Translations under genes and position numbers: made by a program
DNA from: Amoebidium appalachense
Taxonomy: Eukaryota > Protista > Ichthyosporea
Reading direction: 5' to 3'
Length of the DNA stretch: 64,000 nucleotides
Assembly: GCA_963693365.1 (NCBI GenBank)
Contig: CAVNZM010000009.1
Span: 8,661,408 to 8,725,407, forward strand
In this document: piece after piece, positions 22,738 through 34,555 of the stretch
How the letters are laid out: each line of letters starts with the position of its first letter
Position numbering within the stretch: position 1 is the first letter of the stretch
The notes under the pieces: generated by a model
What the model was told of the DNA's origin: nothing
Database searches by the model: none
The model's input: only the letters and a program-made list of their open reading frames with translations

Positions 22738-24855
22738 TGCGCTATAATTTTGTAGTGATGTGTTTCTCAAGCCAATCAATACATCTAATAAACAGGTCGT
22801 AGTTACGCGTGTTTAGTATAAAATCAAGGATGTTGTAATTTACAGGTAGGCTATCTTTCTGGGTGTCTGTTGTGAATGTGACGTGTGTGTGTTGCGGTAT
22901 TATGTGGTCTATCAAACTACATTTGGCGATACATGACCGGTTAAACTGGTGTGTGTGTGTGTTGTTTGGGCATGCAAATGATGCCACCTTATACTTATTA
23001 GATCTCCACTGTATAGCACGTGTACAGTAAAAGCGTGGTAATTGATCAATAATACCATCAGCTAGAGAAAGACCAGTTCTACAGGAAGGTAATATGTATT
23101 TAGGTGTTATACACTTGCGAGTGCCATATTTGGCAATATGGTTGAGGCGGTCAGTATATATAAAACGAGACATAAGGCTTAGTTTTTCAAGGTGTATGCT
23201 TTCATCGGGTCTAGTGTCGTGTGGTATCTTTTTCCATTTGTTATATTGCGTGATTATCTTGTGATTGTGTACATGTTTAATAAGTAAGTGGCAGTCCAAA
23301 GTCACACACACACTATTGCGGGGTTTATTTGTATTTGTGCCCAGGGGAGAAGGGGAGAGAGAGGGGAGGAAAGAGGGGAGAGGTGAGGAGGGGACAGGTC
23401 GGATAGAGAAGAGAGGGTGGGAGGGCAAATACTTCTTTAAGCGGCTTATGTGCTTATTGAATTTCAGCGCGAGATAGGATACTCTAGCAGCTATTGGGAC
23501 CAGACCATATATCGAGAGCGTTACAGGCCCAGGTTTACAACAGTTGTTAGATAGAAAGGAGGCAACTTCTGCTTCAAGGAAATTTGCCAAGGGTTTAAGC
23601 GCTCTAGTTCTCTCTTTCTTGATCCAAGCGGCGAGAAGGGGTAAACCATATTCACATGCCGGGAAGACAAAAGTGCGAATAAATGTAAGTCTAATAGAAG
23701 GATGGAGGGGTGTGTCTTTAAAAATATTAGCCGAGAAGAAAGCTAACCGCTTACGAGCCAACTCTACCCTCTTTTCGACCATATGGGGAAACATAACACC
23801 AACAGAATCAACCGGAACACCAAGATATTTGTATTCTGGAACTATAGGTACAGGTTTAGATGATAATGTAAATGTGTGTAAATTGTTAGCTATATCAGGT
23901 ACAAGAACACCACATTTGTCTATGTTAAGGATCATAAGGTTTGCCTTGCACCACTCTGACACTACATCGAACAATCTTTGCAGGCGTCTAGGGGTACGGG
24001 CAAGGAGGGACAGATCATCAGCATAGAGAAGTGCAGGCGGAAAGTTATTAATAGGGTCATCGTTTTCGGCGTAAATCTTGACAGCCAAATCATCTATAAA
24101 TAGGTTAAACAAAAAGGGGCTAAGCAATGAACCCTGCAAGAGACCTCTAGTACGAGCAAAACCATATGAAAGATGCCCATTAACCACAGCTCTACCATAG
24201 GTTTGAGACAAGAGTGCTTCTAACAGAACACCAATGCAGTGTGGTACACCCCGTGCAGCAAGCTTTTCCCATAGGAGACCAGGGGAGACAGAATCGTAAG
24301 CAGTTTTCCAATCAATAAAGCCAACATATTGTGCACCAACTTGCATAGAATCGTGCAGTGCCATTATTTGAACATAACATGAATTGTTTTTACGAAAAGC
24401 GGATTGGCATGGGTGTATGTGAAGAATAGATTGAAACCTAGGGTGATGTGCAAATAACCTAAGTAAGCAAGCTTCAAAGAATCTACGAACAACCTGGGTT
24501 AGTGTAATGGGGCGAAAGGATGATATGGGGCCCTCAGAGTCCTTCTTAACTATGGGGATCACTAAGGTATCTAACCAAGATGACGGGACATGTCCACATT
24601 TAACACACCAAGAAAAGAGAGAGCTTAACATGATAGTAAGATCAGGTTTAATAGCACGATCACTTTCCTTTTGTGGGTAGGAGGGAACAAGGATTTTAAG
24701 AAACCCAGCAGGGAGTCCATCAGGTCCACAAGACTTACTAGAGCTATAACTAGATATCACAGACCATATGGCATCGGGACTGAAAAAGGGGAGGATCGAT
24801 TCTATGGGGATAGATGGGTCTACAGGCCACACAATAGGTTTCTGAGCGGGGGTGG
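22584..24855 (-). mobile_element. 5'-truncated non-LTR retrotransposon (LINE) with poly(A) tail
   Basis: Poly(T) on the + strand at 22584-22630, short 3' UTR with (CA)n, and an RT ORF lacking the endonuclease. Confidence 0.9.
22742..24832 (-). CDS. Non-LTR reverse transcriptase (5'-truncated)
   Basis: CGPDGL, FRPITL, FIDWKTAYDSV, QGSLLSPFLFN, YADD and YKYLG; Cys/His C-terminus. Confidence 0.93.
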   Translation of the reverse strand: MWPVDPSIPIESILPFFSPDAIWSVISSYSSSKSCGPDGLPAGFLKILVPSYPQKESDRAIKPDLTIMLSSLFSWCVKCGHVPSSWLDTLVIPIVKKDSEGPISSFRPITLTQVVRRFFEACLLRLFAHHPRFQSILHIHPCQSAFRKNNSCYVQIMALHDSMQVGAQYVGFIDWKTAYDSVSPGLLWEKLAARGVPHCIGVLLEALLSQTYGRAVVNGHLSYGFARTRGLLQGSLLSPFLFNLFIDDLAVKIYAENDDPINNFPPALLYADDLSLLARTPRRLQRLFDVVSEWCKANLMILNIDKCGVLVPDIANNLHTFTLSSKPVPIVPEYKYLGVPVDSVGVMFPHMVEKRVELARKRLAFFSANIFKDTPLHPSIRLTFIRTFVFPACEYGLPLLAAWIKKERTRALKPLANFLEAEVASFLSNNCCKPGPVTLSIYGLVPIAARVSYLALKFNKHISRLKKYLPSHPLFSIRPVPSSPLPSFLPSLSPSPLGTNTNKPRNSVCVTLDCHLLIKHVHNHKIITQYNKWKKIPHDTRPDESIHLEKLSLMSRFIYTDRLNHIAKYGTRKCITPKYILPSCRTGLSLADGIIDQLPRFYCTRAIQWRSNKYKVASFACPNNTHTHQFNRSCIAKCSLIDHIIPQHTHVTFTTDTQKDSLPVNYNILDFILNTRNYDLFIRCIDWLEKHITTKL

Positions 24856-27117
24856 CAGCATTGTGGATATTAGAAAGATATCAGAAGAACAATCGAAAAA
24901 TCCTTTAGATGTCTATTAGATGTCCGATGAGAATGGTTGCGATATACGCGCAAAGAAAATTTTTGTGATCAAGCCAGCTGAGCAATCGTTGGGAAACCCG
25001 CCAATTACTCACACGGGGCATTGCGGGGCTCATTGCGGCCATCTGAATGTGATGGTGGCATGGCCATTTATATAGGGCCAGGAAATCACTTTTCCGTTCG
25101 ATTGTGGGACGAAAATCACAAAATGGCAAACCCGATTTTGATTGGTTGTTATTCTTCAAAACGGCATGCTCAGGGTCACCCAACTGTGATCAGCCAATCA
25201 CGTTTCATGTTTAATTGAGATTATCGCATACATCTAATGAAGATATGTTTCTGCCATCTTTACGACATCGCAACGACCTGATCTTCTATGGTCTGATCTT
25301 GTACATATCCCACAGGGGTCATAAACATCTCATAATGATATTTGTTAGATAAACACGCAACCACAACGGCCGCAAATAAAACTAAATTACCCCATTTGGC
25401 AAGTGCCATGTGGCAGAGTGTAAATTGCGAACGTCCGAAACACTAAACACTAGGCAAAATAGAGCAATCTAGTAACTACATAGTACCAATTTCGAGCATC
25501 GAAGCAGGAAAATGGTTATTTATTGCAATTTTATATTTTGTGTGTTCCGAGGATGTTACCACCTTTGAAGGTTTATTAGCGCCTGAAAACAATACCTTAC
25601 TGCATTAGGGCGGGTGCACATCACAGGCACGTGCACATTCTCCGGACACCAGATGATATATCGCAAGATATCCGTACGATATCTAATGTATGTATTGTTG
25701 ATATCATTCTATTCTCATGCACCACAGGACAAACGGGTTGCTCCCTTGCATGGCGCTCCAAACATTCGGTTTTCCATGCCTGACATTCGCTACTGCCCCA
25801 CGCTGGGTACACAGAACCAGTGTGCACAATCTGACATACCGGCCTGATTTGCTCCCCTGCAGCAATCTCAATTTCCTGTTCACTCTGGTCACCACTTATT
25901 TGTGGCGGTGATTGCGTTTGCGAGAGCAGAAATTGAGCGCTTAGTACTAGCAGAAGTAAAGCCCACCACCACAACGTAAGTGGGGTAAGGGCAGCGTGAG
26001 AGTCTGACCCTGCCCATTTTCAAAGGATGAGAAACACGTACTCTGCAGCTGCAATGAGAAGAAAAAGCCGCAGCCACTGCCACACTACACACCGCAGTGT
26101 ATTGTATAGTAGCAGGTATCACGTGGTACTGCAACGACTTTCTGCATTGAAATTAGCGAGCCTACCCAAGAATGATTGTGCTAAATTTTTTCGGGTTTGC
26201 CGTTTACATACCGTCACACCATACTGAGTCGGCACACGCGAGGCGCCCGCCGGCCGGGCCGTGCGGGGCGATTTGGCGCCAAAGTTTGCGCAAACTATGT
26301 AAACCCTAGGTGCACTGAATTCAAGTTGCACTGAATTGAATTTACATGAGCACTGGCGACGCCGACGAGCTTTTGCACTGAATTCGATGCACTGAATCAT
26401 CATGTGCCGGCCCGGGTTCGCGCCCCCCGCCCGCGCCGGTCGGTTTCAGTGCCCGGAAAGCGATTCAGTGCACCCAATTCAGTGCATCATACCCCCCACC
26501 CCAGGACATGCAGTACAGCCCCGATTTATTTCACTAGCCACACTAGCCACAAAGAGAAAAAGTAGCCACAGTAGCCACAGAGGACCCAATGGCGCAATTT
26601 GATTGGCTGTCGGATCTGGCCACGTTCTAGCCACTAGCCACACAACACGCCACACAGGCACGCTACACTCCGATAAGTTTGCGATCGAGGACGTAGCAGC
26701 GTGTAAAGCCTGAAGCGGCCTCACAGCCTTCGGCGCCGTAGGCTATGGTGTTGACGCGGGTGCTCTTGTTTTTGCCCAGGATGGCCGTAACCGCAACCCC
26801 AAAGTCGCGCTGCGTGGGCCGCTTGGACTTGTCGGGTATGTTGTGTTCCCACCAGGAGCTTCAGCAGGTCACGCAGGAACTGCAGCTCCATCGGCTTGAG
26901 GGTGGTCTTAGGTGGTGGGCCACGGTTGGGGGCATGGGTGGCCCGCGAGGCTCTGGGCCCTGCGAGACTGCTGTGTCCGCTGTGCCCCGCCGGCCTGGCG
27001 TGCGACCCCAGCCCCGCGCGCGACCCCCGGGTGCAAGGTATATAAAATCTCGTGCATGCAAAAATGGCTCAGTCTGCCCCTGGCCGCCAAAAAATATTAT
27101 CTAAGCCACCAGTAGCG

Positions 27118-28163
27118 ATGTCGTCCATATTTCACCTGTTGGAGGTCCCCCCCATGTCCGAGGAGACTTTGTTTCAGCGATTCGAGGACTGCAGCCCAGA
27201 ACCGCAGTTTGGGCTGAGCTTCAAGCCACGGACATGTCAGAGCATTTCATGGACTTATGAGAACTGCATTCGCTTTTTGCAGAGCAACGTGGCCTTTGTC
27301 GAATGCGGATCACAATACCTTCTCAAGAACTACGACCACAGGACTGAGCGGCACGTCATCGAGCTGCACTCACCGAAGAGCGCGCGAGAATGCCTCTCTA
27401 AGTACCTCTTCAGAATGGAGTTTTTCGAGCGCAACAGATCCATCACACGCGTCTATAAGGGCACCTGGTTCATGGAGAGCGACCACATTTTGCAGTACTC
27501 GCGCTTCGTGTTTGACCCGGCAGACCCAGATCCACGGACAGGGAAGCGTCGTGCACGAAACGTCATGAGGCAAGGCCGTCCTTTCAACATTTTCCGTGGA
27601 CTCAAGATAGTGCACGACCCTGCACGACCTCTTGTCCAATCGGCAACCAGCATGTTTTTTGACCATCTTCGCATGTTGTGCAATTACGACGAGGCAGCCT
27701 ACCTCTACACACGTCGCTGGCTGGCACAGCTCTTTCAGTACCCCGACATCAAACCTGGAGTTGCACTTGTTTTTCGCTCAATCCAAGGTGTGGGCAAAAA
27801 CGTGTTCTTTGACGTCCTGGGTGATATCATCGGGCGTGACTACTACGTGTCAGTGACAAACAAAAAGCATGTGGGTGGGAACTTCAATGCGCACCTCAAT
27901 AACCGGCTGCTTATTGTGTGTGACGAGGTGTTTTGGCATGGTAATGTGGACATCATCAACCAAATGAAGGCCCATGTTACGGAAACTACCGTGACGGGCC
28001 TCATGGAAAAGAAGGGCTGTGACATCATTACCGTGGAGAGTTGTGAGCGCTATGTGATTCTCAGCAACAAGTCGCACCCGCTAAACCTAGAGGAGGGAGA
28101 CCGGCGGTGGGCCTGTTTTGAGTCTTCAGCAGATAGAAAGGGGCAGTTTGCATACTTCGCCGA
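27118..28163 (+). pseudogene. SF3/D5-like helicase, duplicate copy, truncated by Ngaro
   Basis: Same motifs as 15289-16334; one S-to-R change. Confidence 0.85.
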
Positions 28164-28386
28164 TATGAAAACTACTCCGGGACGTGTGTTGCCTCTAGGG
28201 GGACATCCCCTTGGACGAAAGTGAACCTGCAATGGTTGTAAACCACGGCAAGCCCCCAGTCATCAATTTATTGATCCGTGAGGTCCATGTGCCCAAAAAA
28301 CGGGGGAAGTCTTCGCCCCGTGAAAAAACAGCACGTATGTGTGGATCAATGGGGGTTGTGTGTGGGTGTAGGTGGGTGGGTGAAAA
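28164..28386 (-). mobile_element. Ngaro 3' end remnant, duplicate copy
   Basis: Copy of 16335-16557. Confidence 0.85.
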
Positions 28387-28752
28387 GGTTTTATTTGTGG
28401 AAATTATTGACATAAATATTTTTCTGGGTAAACACGTGGGATGGGTGTCCGATATCAACAGGCTTTGTTTCATGTTTTAGCAGTTCGCGTTCGGCTGCCC
28501 GCATACGGGCACCTATTAGCCGATCAAAACATCAGATTCCACAGATCACTAGACCGAGTCTGATTGGCTCAGGATAAGATTTCACATAACACTAGATCGG
28601 TTTTGATTGGCTCAGTTCGGTAGCCGTAGGTATATAAGCACGACAGTTTTTAGCAGATCAGCAGGCAACAACACATCTTCTGTGTTTAGCACCTACAGCT
28701 TTACAGCTATATTTTCTTTTCACTCTCCCTATCTTTCCGTACGCCGGTCAGC

Positions 28753-29923
28753 ATGCCGCCGAAAAAAGCGCCAGGCCTCAGCCACTGCCCCTGCCGCGGC
28801 ACCCAAGCGCCTGACCCGCAGCGACCTCCGCCACAGGCTGACCAACGCTCCCGCGGACACTGACGCGCCTCCAGCGGCCCAGACCACCTCGGACCCGGAC
28901 CCGCCGGCTAGTCTCCCCTCCCCTCCTGAAGTCCCCCCTCAGGCCCCGCCGTCCCCGCAGATGACTTCTCAAGACGCCGTCCTTGCCGCCCTTACCGCCA
29001 TCAGCACCCAGATGGCTGGCGTCCTGGCTGCTCTCACCAACCGCGACCCTCCCGCGCCCCCCGCCGCGCCCTCCGCACCCGGGGAGGTTTCCCCGGGGCT
29101 GCATCTCGGCCCTGACCTAGACCTACCTGCCCTGCCCGCGCCCCCCATCACAGGTGAGAACACTGGCGACATTCAGCCGGGCACACTCCCGCTTCCCCCC
29201 GCGGATGTGCTGGCAGATTTGCGCGCCAATCGTTTCGTCGACCTGTATAAGTTCACCCCCGCCGCCCTCCTGGCCCCATCCAAGAAAGGTCAGCATCTGC
29301 GCATGGCCGACGACGGCAGCATCGAGACTTTTCGCCAAGACAAACCCGTTCCCCTGCGTTCACTCGTCATTTGGATCCAGGCTTGGACCCATTACATGGC
29401 CGCCAAGCACCACCTCGGCCTCCCCACGGACAAAGACGTACTTTGGACTCAGCACATCACTCGCCTCAGCACCCGATACCCGTGGGCCCAGATCCACAAC
29501 TATGACGTATACGCCCGAACCGTTGCCCACCAGCAGGGTCGGGCTCCGATCGCGTGTCCCAACCTGCTCGCCCAACTCCACCAGGATCTCCTCTTGCCAC
29601 CCACTCTGCTCATCCCGGACGCATGTCAGCGCTGTGGCTTCCCTGACCACCCCAGCGCGGCCTGCCCCATGTACCCCAAGCCCGGCTGTGGTCTTGACGG
29701 CTTTAAGCCGCCCCACAAGCCCGGCGGGGGTCAAACCCCTAACCGCCCTGGCCCGCAACCCGGCCCGGCAAAACCGGCCCGACCCGTGGATCTACCCGCG
29801 ACGCACTGCAGGAATTTCCACATTAACGGTCGGTCCTGCGCTAAGCAGCCCTGCCCCTTCTCCCACGTGTGCCCGCTCTGCTCTGGCACACACCCCCGCA
29901 AAGACTGCAAACACAATGCCTAG
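28753..29923 (+). CDS. gag: Ngaro Gag-like protein, duplicate copy
   Basis: Identical to 16924-18094. Confidence 0.82.
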
Positions 29924-30219
29924 TCTACGCGCACACCCACACACACAGCTAGAACATAGGGGTTAGGAGCTAGGACACACGAGTACAGGGAAACGGAGCT
30001 CGGGAGAACGGGCCCATAGGGCTGAGTACAAAATTTCGCAGGCCAAACTACGGCGCCCGCGCGCGTCAAGAATAAATGTCCCTACACAAAGACGTTTATT
30101 CTGGCCACTGCACATAATTTTACTCCCCCCCCCATCCCACGAGCCTCCCCCCCCCTTACACTCACCTAGCACTCCCTCCCCCCCCCTTCTTCTACCTCTG
30201 TGTCCGCCCACACCCCCGC

Positions 30220-30315
30220 GTGCTCGGGCACATTCCCCTGCACAGGGCCCCGCTGCCCTCCCTGCCAACCTTCACTCGGGCCCAGCTGCCCTACCCTAAC
30301 CCCCCCGGGGCCCTG

Positions 30316-30350
<35 letters not shown>

Positions 30351-32033
30351 CTGCCGGGATCTCCCCGAGGGTGCCCCACCCTTGCTAACCACCCCTTCCC
30401 CCGAGGCTCAGACCCGGAGGCCCGCCCGCTGCCCCAGCACCGCATTGACACCTCCCGCCTCCGGGAACTGCTGGCCTCCTACCCAGACCAATCATTCGCC
30501 GCACAACTCCTCCACGATGTCGAATTCGGTGTCGACATCGGCTATCGCGGGCCCTCCACCTCTCGGGTGGGCCCCAACCTACCCACCACCCCGGAGGCAG
30601 CTTCCGCTATCACGGCGGATATTGCCAAAGAAGTCGCCCTCGGCCACCTGCGCGGCCCCCTCTCCCCGGCCCAATTCTTTGACGAATTTCCGGTCCACCG
30701 TTCCTCCCCCATCGGCGCCGTTACCAAGAAAGGGAACCCCCCCAAGTACCGTCGAATCCACCACCTCTCCTGGCCCCGGGGTAGCAGTGTCAATGACAGC
30801 ATCACCTACCCCGACGAACTTCAGTACATTCGCGCCCGGGACGTCACCCAGCTCATTCTCGACGCAGGCCCCGGCTGCTACATGGCCGTGGCAGATGTGC
30901 AGGCTGCCTTCCGGCACATGCCCATCCGACCAGAAGACCATCACTTAATGGCATTCTAATGGTTGGGGCATTTTTACGTTGAAACCAGACTGCCCTTCGG
31001 CCTGAAATCTAGCCCAGCCATCTGGGAACGGATCGCGGCCACCCTACAGTGGCTGGCACACCAGCACGGTATTACCCTCATCCGCCACTACGTAGACGAC
31101 TGGTTTATAGTCGCCCCCACACAAGAGCAGTGCCAACGTCACCTATCCACCTTCCTGCAACTCTGCCGAGAGCTGCACATTGCCATCTCCGAAGACAAGA
31201 TGCAGGGCCCGGCTACCCGTGTCGTCTTCATCGGTATCGAATTCGACTCCATCACCATGGAGGCACGAATCCCGGCTTCCAAGCTCTCGGACCTACTCGA
31301 CCTCACTTCCCACCCAAAGCCCACCATCACCATTCGGGACCTCCAGTCCCTCCTCGGCAAACTCACCTGGTGTGCCCAGCTGGTTCCCCCCGGGAGGGCC
31401 TTCTCCCAGCGCCTATGGGCCCTTCTCCGGACCCACCCACACCTTGCCGGCCACCACCACATACGACTGACTGCTGCCGCCCGGGCCGACATAGCCGAAT
31501 GGCACCAGTTCCTCACATCATGGAATGGGGTGCACCTCATCACACCCCCCACATACACCACCCTGGCCACCGATGCTGCCGGATCGGTGGGTCTAGGAGG
31601 CCACTGGCTCGACCAATGGTTCTTCATGCCCTGGTCCCCCTCCACCCAAGCCCTCTATGCTCATGAGGGTAAACTCGGTTCTTCCGTCATTGAACTCCTG
31701 GCCATCGCAGCCGCCGTGGCCCTCTGGGCCCCCTCCTGGTCCACCCACCATGTCCGTATTTTATGCGACAACACGGGTGCTGTGTCTGACCTACACTCCC
31801 GGTCTTCCCCCCACCCCGTGATGGCCAAACTTATTCGGTTCATCACCCGCATGGAAATGCAATACCAATTTACGTTACAGGCATCCTACCTACCAGGACC
31901 CCTCAACCATCTGGCCGATGCCATTTCTCGTAACCAACTTCCCCGGGCCCGACGACTCCGACCTTCCCTGCAACCGGAGCCCTGCCCCTTCCCCTCCTGG
32001 GTCCACGAGTTCCTATCCCTTCCCTTGGGCTAA
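30220..32033 (+). pseudogene. pol: Ngaro RT-RNase H, duplicate with a premature TAA at 30957
   Basis: YVDD and RNase H motifs are in one frame from 30963; AAA changed to TAA relative to copy 1. Confidence 0.9.
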
Positions 32034-32086
32034 CCCCCCCCCCCCCCCCCCCCCCAGATCTCCCGTTCCGGAGCAACGCTGGCAGA

Positions 32087-32786
32087 TTGGCCCCCCACTT
32101 TGCTCCGGCCGAGCTGCTTCGAGCCACCACTACCCTGCAGGAATGCCAGGCCCTGAGTCTCAACCTCGACTCTCGGGCCTTTTACTCCCGGGTGCAGAAA
32201 GTGTTCATCGATTTCTGTGTGGCATCTCGGCTGCAATCCCCCTCCGGGTCCTCCCTCCCGGCCTCCCCACACACCGTGCAACTTTTTCTCGCCTGGTGTG
32301 CCCAACGAGGGGTACAGGCCTCTTCCTTAACCGGCTACAATTCGGCCATCACCAGGCTCCACCTCGACATGGGCCTCCCTGCTCCCTACCCCCACGACAA
32401 GTCTCTGGCCTGGTTCCTACGGGGGGTGGGCAGATGGCAGCTTTCTCACAACATCCGACCCCGCTCATCAACCAGGGAACCCCTCCTGCCCTCCCACCTC
32501 AGCCTACTTCATGGCCAGTGCCCCACAAAGGCCTCCTCGGCCAATCTCCGGCTATGGACAGCCCTCATCGTCGGTTTCTGTGGTCTCCTCCGTTCAGGGG
32601 AATTTACCTCCAAGACCCTGACTTCTTTCAACCCGTCCCGTCACGTTAAACGGAAAGACGTGACCTTCACCTACACCCCCACCGGTACTTAGTCCCATGC
32701 CACCCTCCACCTGCCAACCTCTAAGACGGATGTACAGGCCCGAGGTGTCAACGTCACTCTAGCTGCCCTGCCCCTCACCCATTTCT
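32087..32786 (+). pseudogene. Ngaro tyrosine recombinase fragment, duplicate
   Basis: Same premature TAG as copy 1. Confidence 0.87.
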
Positions 32787-34405
32787 CCCATCAGCAAACT
32801 TCATACGGCATCCGAAACCCATCTTATATATCATTTTGATATATGGCATACCAAACCCCACCCTAAATACGTCAAAAAGAGCCTGACAAGATATCATAGA
32901 ATTCCCGGATAGAACCCATCAGATCCCTATCAATGATATCTTTGATAGGGTTCGGATTGGTTATGGTATGGCGCATATCCGAAACCCATCCTTTGCTGAT
33001 ATCCTTACGATATCCTTACGATATCATAGAAAACCACGATGGTTTTGGTTTTTGACCGAAAATCTCAAAATTTCCTCATAGCATTATGATATCCATATGC
33101 TATCCTAGTGATATGTATGTTAGCAAGGTCATAATAGCTCTTTTGGATATGTTTCACATACGTTTAGGATATCGGTGCCCCAAACGATATCTGTTAGATG
33201 TCTTTGTTATAGCCTACAGATATCCCTCATTATAGAATTTCTTAATCCCATCCAATACGCATTACATGACGATATCTACCTGATGTCGTGGGACAATACA
33301 AATTGATATCCACGTGATATCTGATGGATAACATGTATGCTTATAAATTGAATATAATACAGATGTTGTTTTGATATCGTCTGGACATCGTTGTGATGTA
33401 CCTACAACCATTTTTTTGATATCGTTATGCGCCCATGGGGGTAATCCAGAAGATACCCTTGTACACAACCAGTAGGCATGTTGAAGACATCCTTTTGATA
33501 TCCTTTCGGATATCCCTTTGTCCACAGGCCCAAGATATGATATCTAATTCATATCATTGTACAGGTCGTAAGGATATGTACCAAATATATCTAAATAAAG
33601 ACTTGTGATATATGTGATTGGTATGTGTAAGATGCCCCTATGTACATCAATGTGATATGCTGTAACTTATCATTTGAATATCCCGCTCTGTCTAAAACGG
33701 CAGCATTGTGGGTATCCTTTTGATATTCTTTTTGATATCCCTTTTATATTCAATATGTTATCTGTTTTTGGTCCTACATCTCAAACATATCACAACTGCC
33801 TCTTTGCAGGCCCAAGCTACGATATCTAATTCATATCTTTGTACACGTCGTAAGGATATGTACCTGATATATCTAAATAAAGACTAGTGAGTTGTGTGAT
33901 TGATATCGGTAAGATGTCGCTATGTACATCAATGTGATATGCCGTAACCTATCATTTGAATATCCTAATCTGTCCAGAGCAGTAGTCCACGAGGTATCAT
34001 CTACATATCTTTTAGAGGCCCTTAGATTATCATTGCGATATCCGCATAGGGATATATTTATATATCGAATTCATAAGTATATGATACATAAGCTTGCCAT
34101 CCCAGTGATATCTAAGCGGCAGTATTGTGGATATTAGAAAGATATCAGAAGAACATCCGTGCACTAGAAGGTCAGTGTCTTTTGTAAGTACATCAATGTG
34201 ATATCTAAACGGGGTTTACGCTGTTTACTCGAGGCAAAGAGAACCAGTCTCAGGTATGGGGGGGGGGGTTTTGCTCGGAATATCCCCTCAGCGGTATATC
34301 ATGATCACGTACATAGATGTCGGGTGGTGACTATATATCAGGGTTTACTTTCTCTACGAGACACCATAAAGACTACAAGGAGAAATCAATTAGTTGGGGT
34401 TCCCC

Positions 34406-34452
<47 letters not shown>

Positions 34453-34484
34453 GGGCTCCCCTCGGGACACTCGGTATCAGCTGG

Positions 34485-34555
<71 letters not shown>

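Larger units (their letters stand above)
20964..25719. mobile_element. GATATC-rich non-coding segment, probable terminal/subterminal region of a CACTA/EnSpm (CMC)-like DNA transposon, interrupted by a LINE
   Basis: Abrupt start CCCATCAGCAAAC inside the Ngaro YR. Dozens of GATATC/GATGTC palindromic motifs and a ~285-bp internal duplication (21700-21880 vs 21985-22160). No matching right TIR in the window. Confidence 0.5.
28387..32786 (+). mobile_element. Ngaro retrotransposon, duplicate copy
   Basis: Copy of 16558-20963. Confidence 0.93.

Noticed and set aside
22293-24893. ~40-bp direct repeat (GGCAG.ATTGTGGATATTAGAAAGATATCAGAAGAACA) as the LINE TSD
   Set aside because: The left copy lies ~250 bp from the poly(A) end; it is an internal repeat of the GATATC-rich host element.
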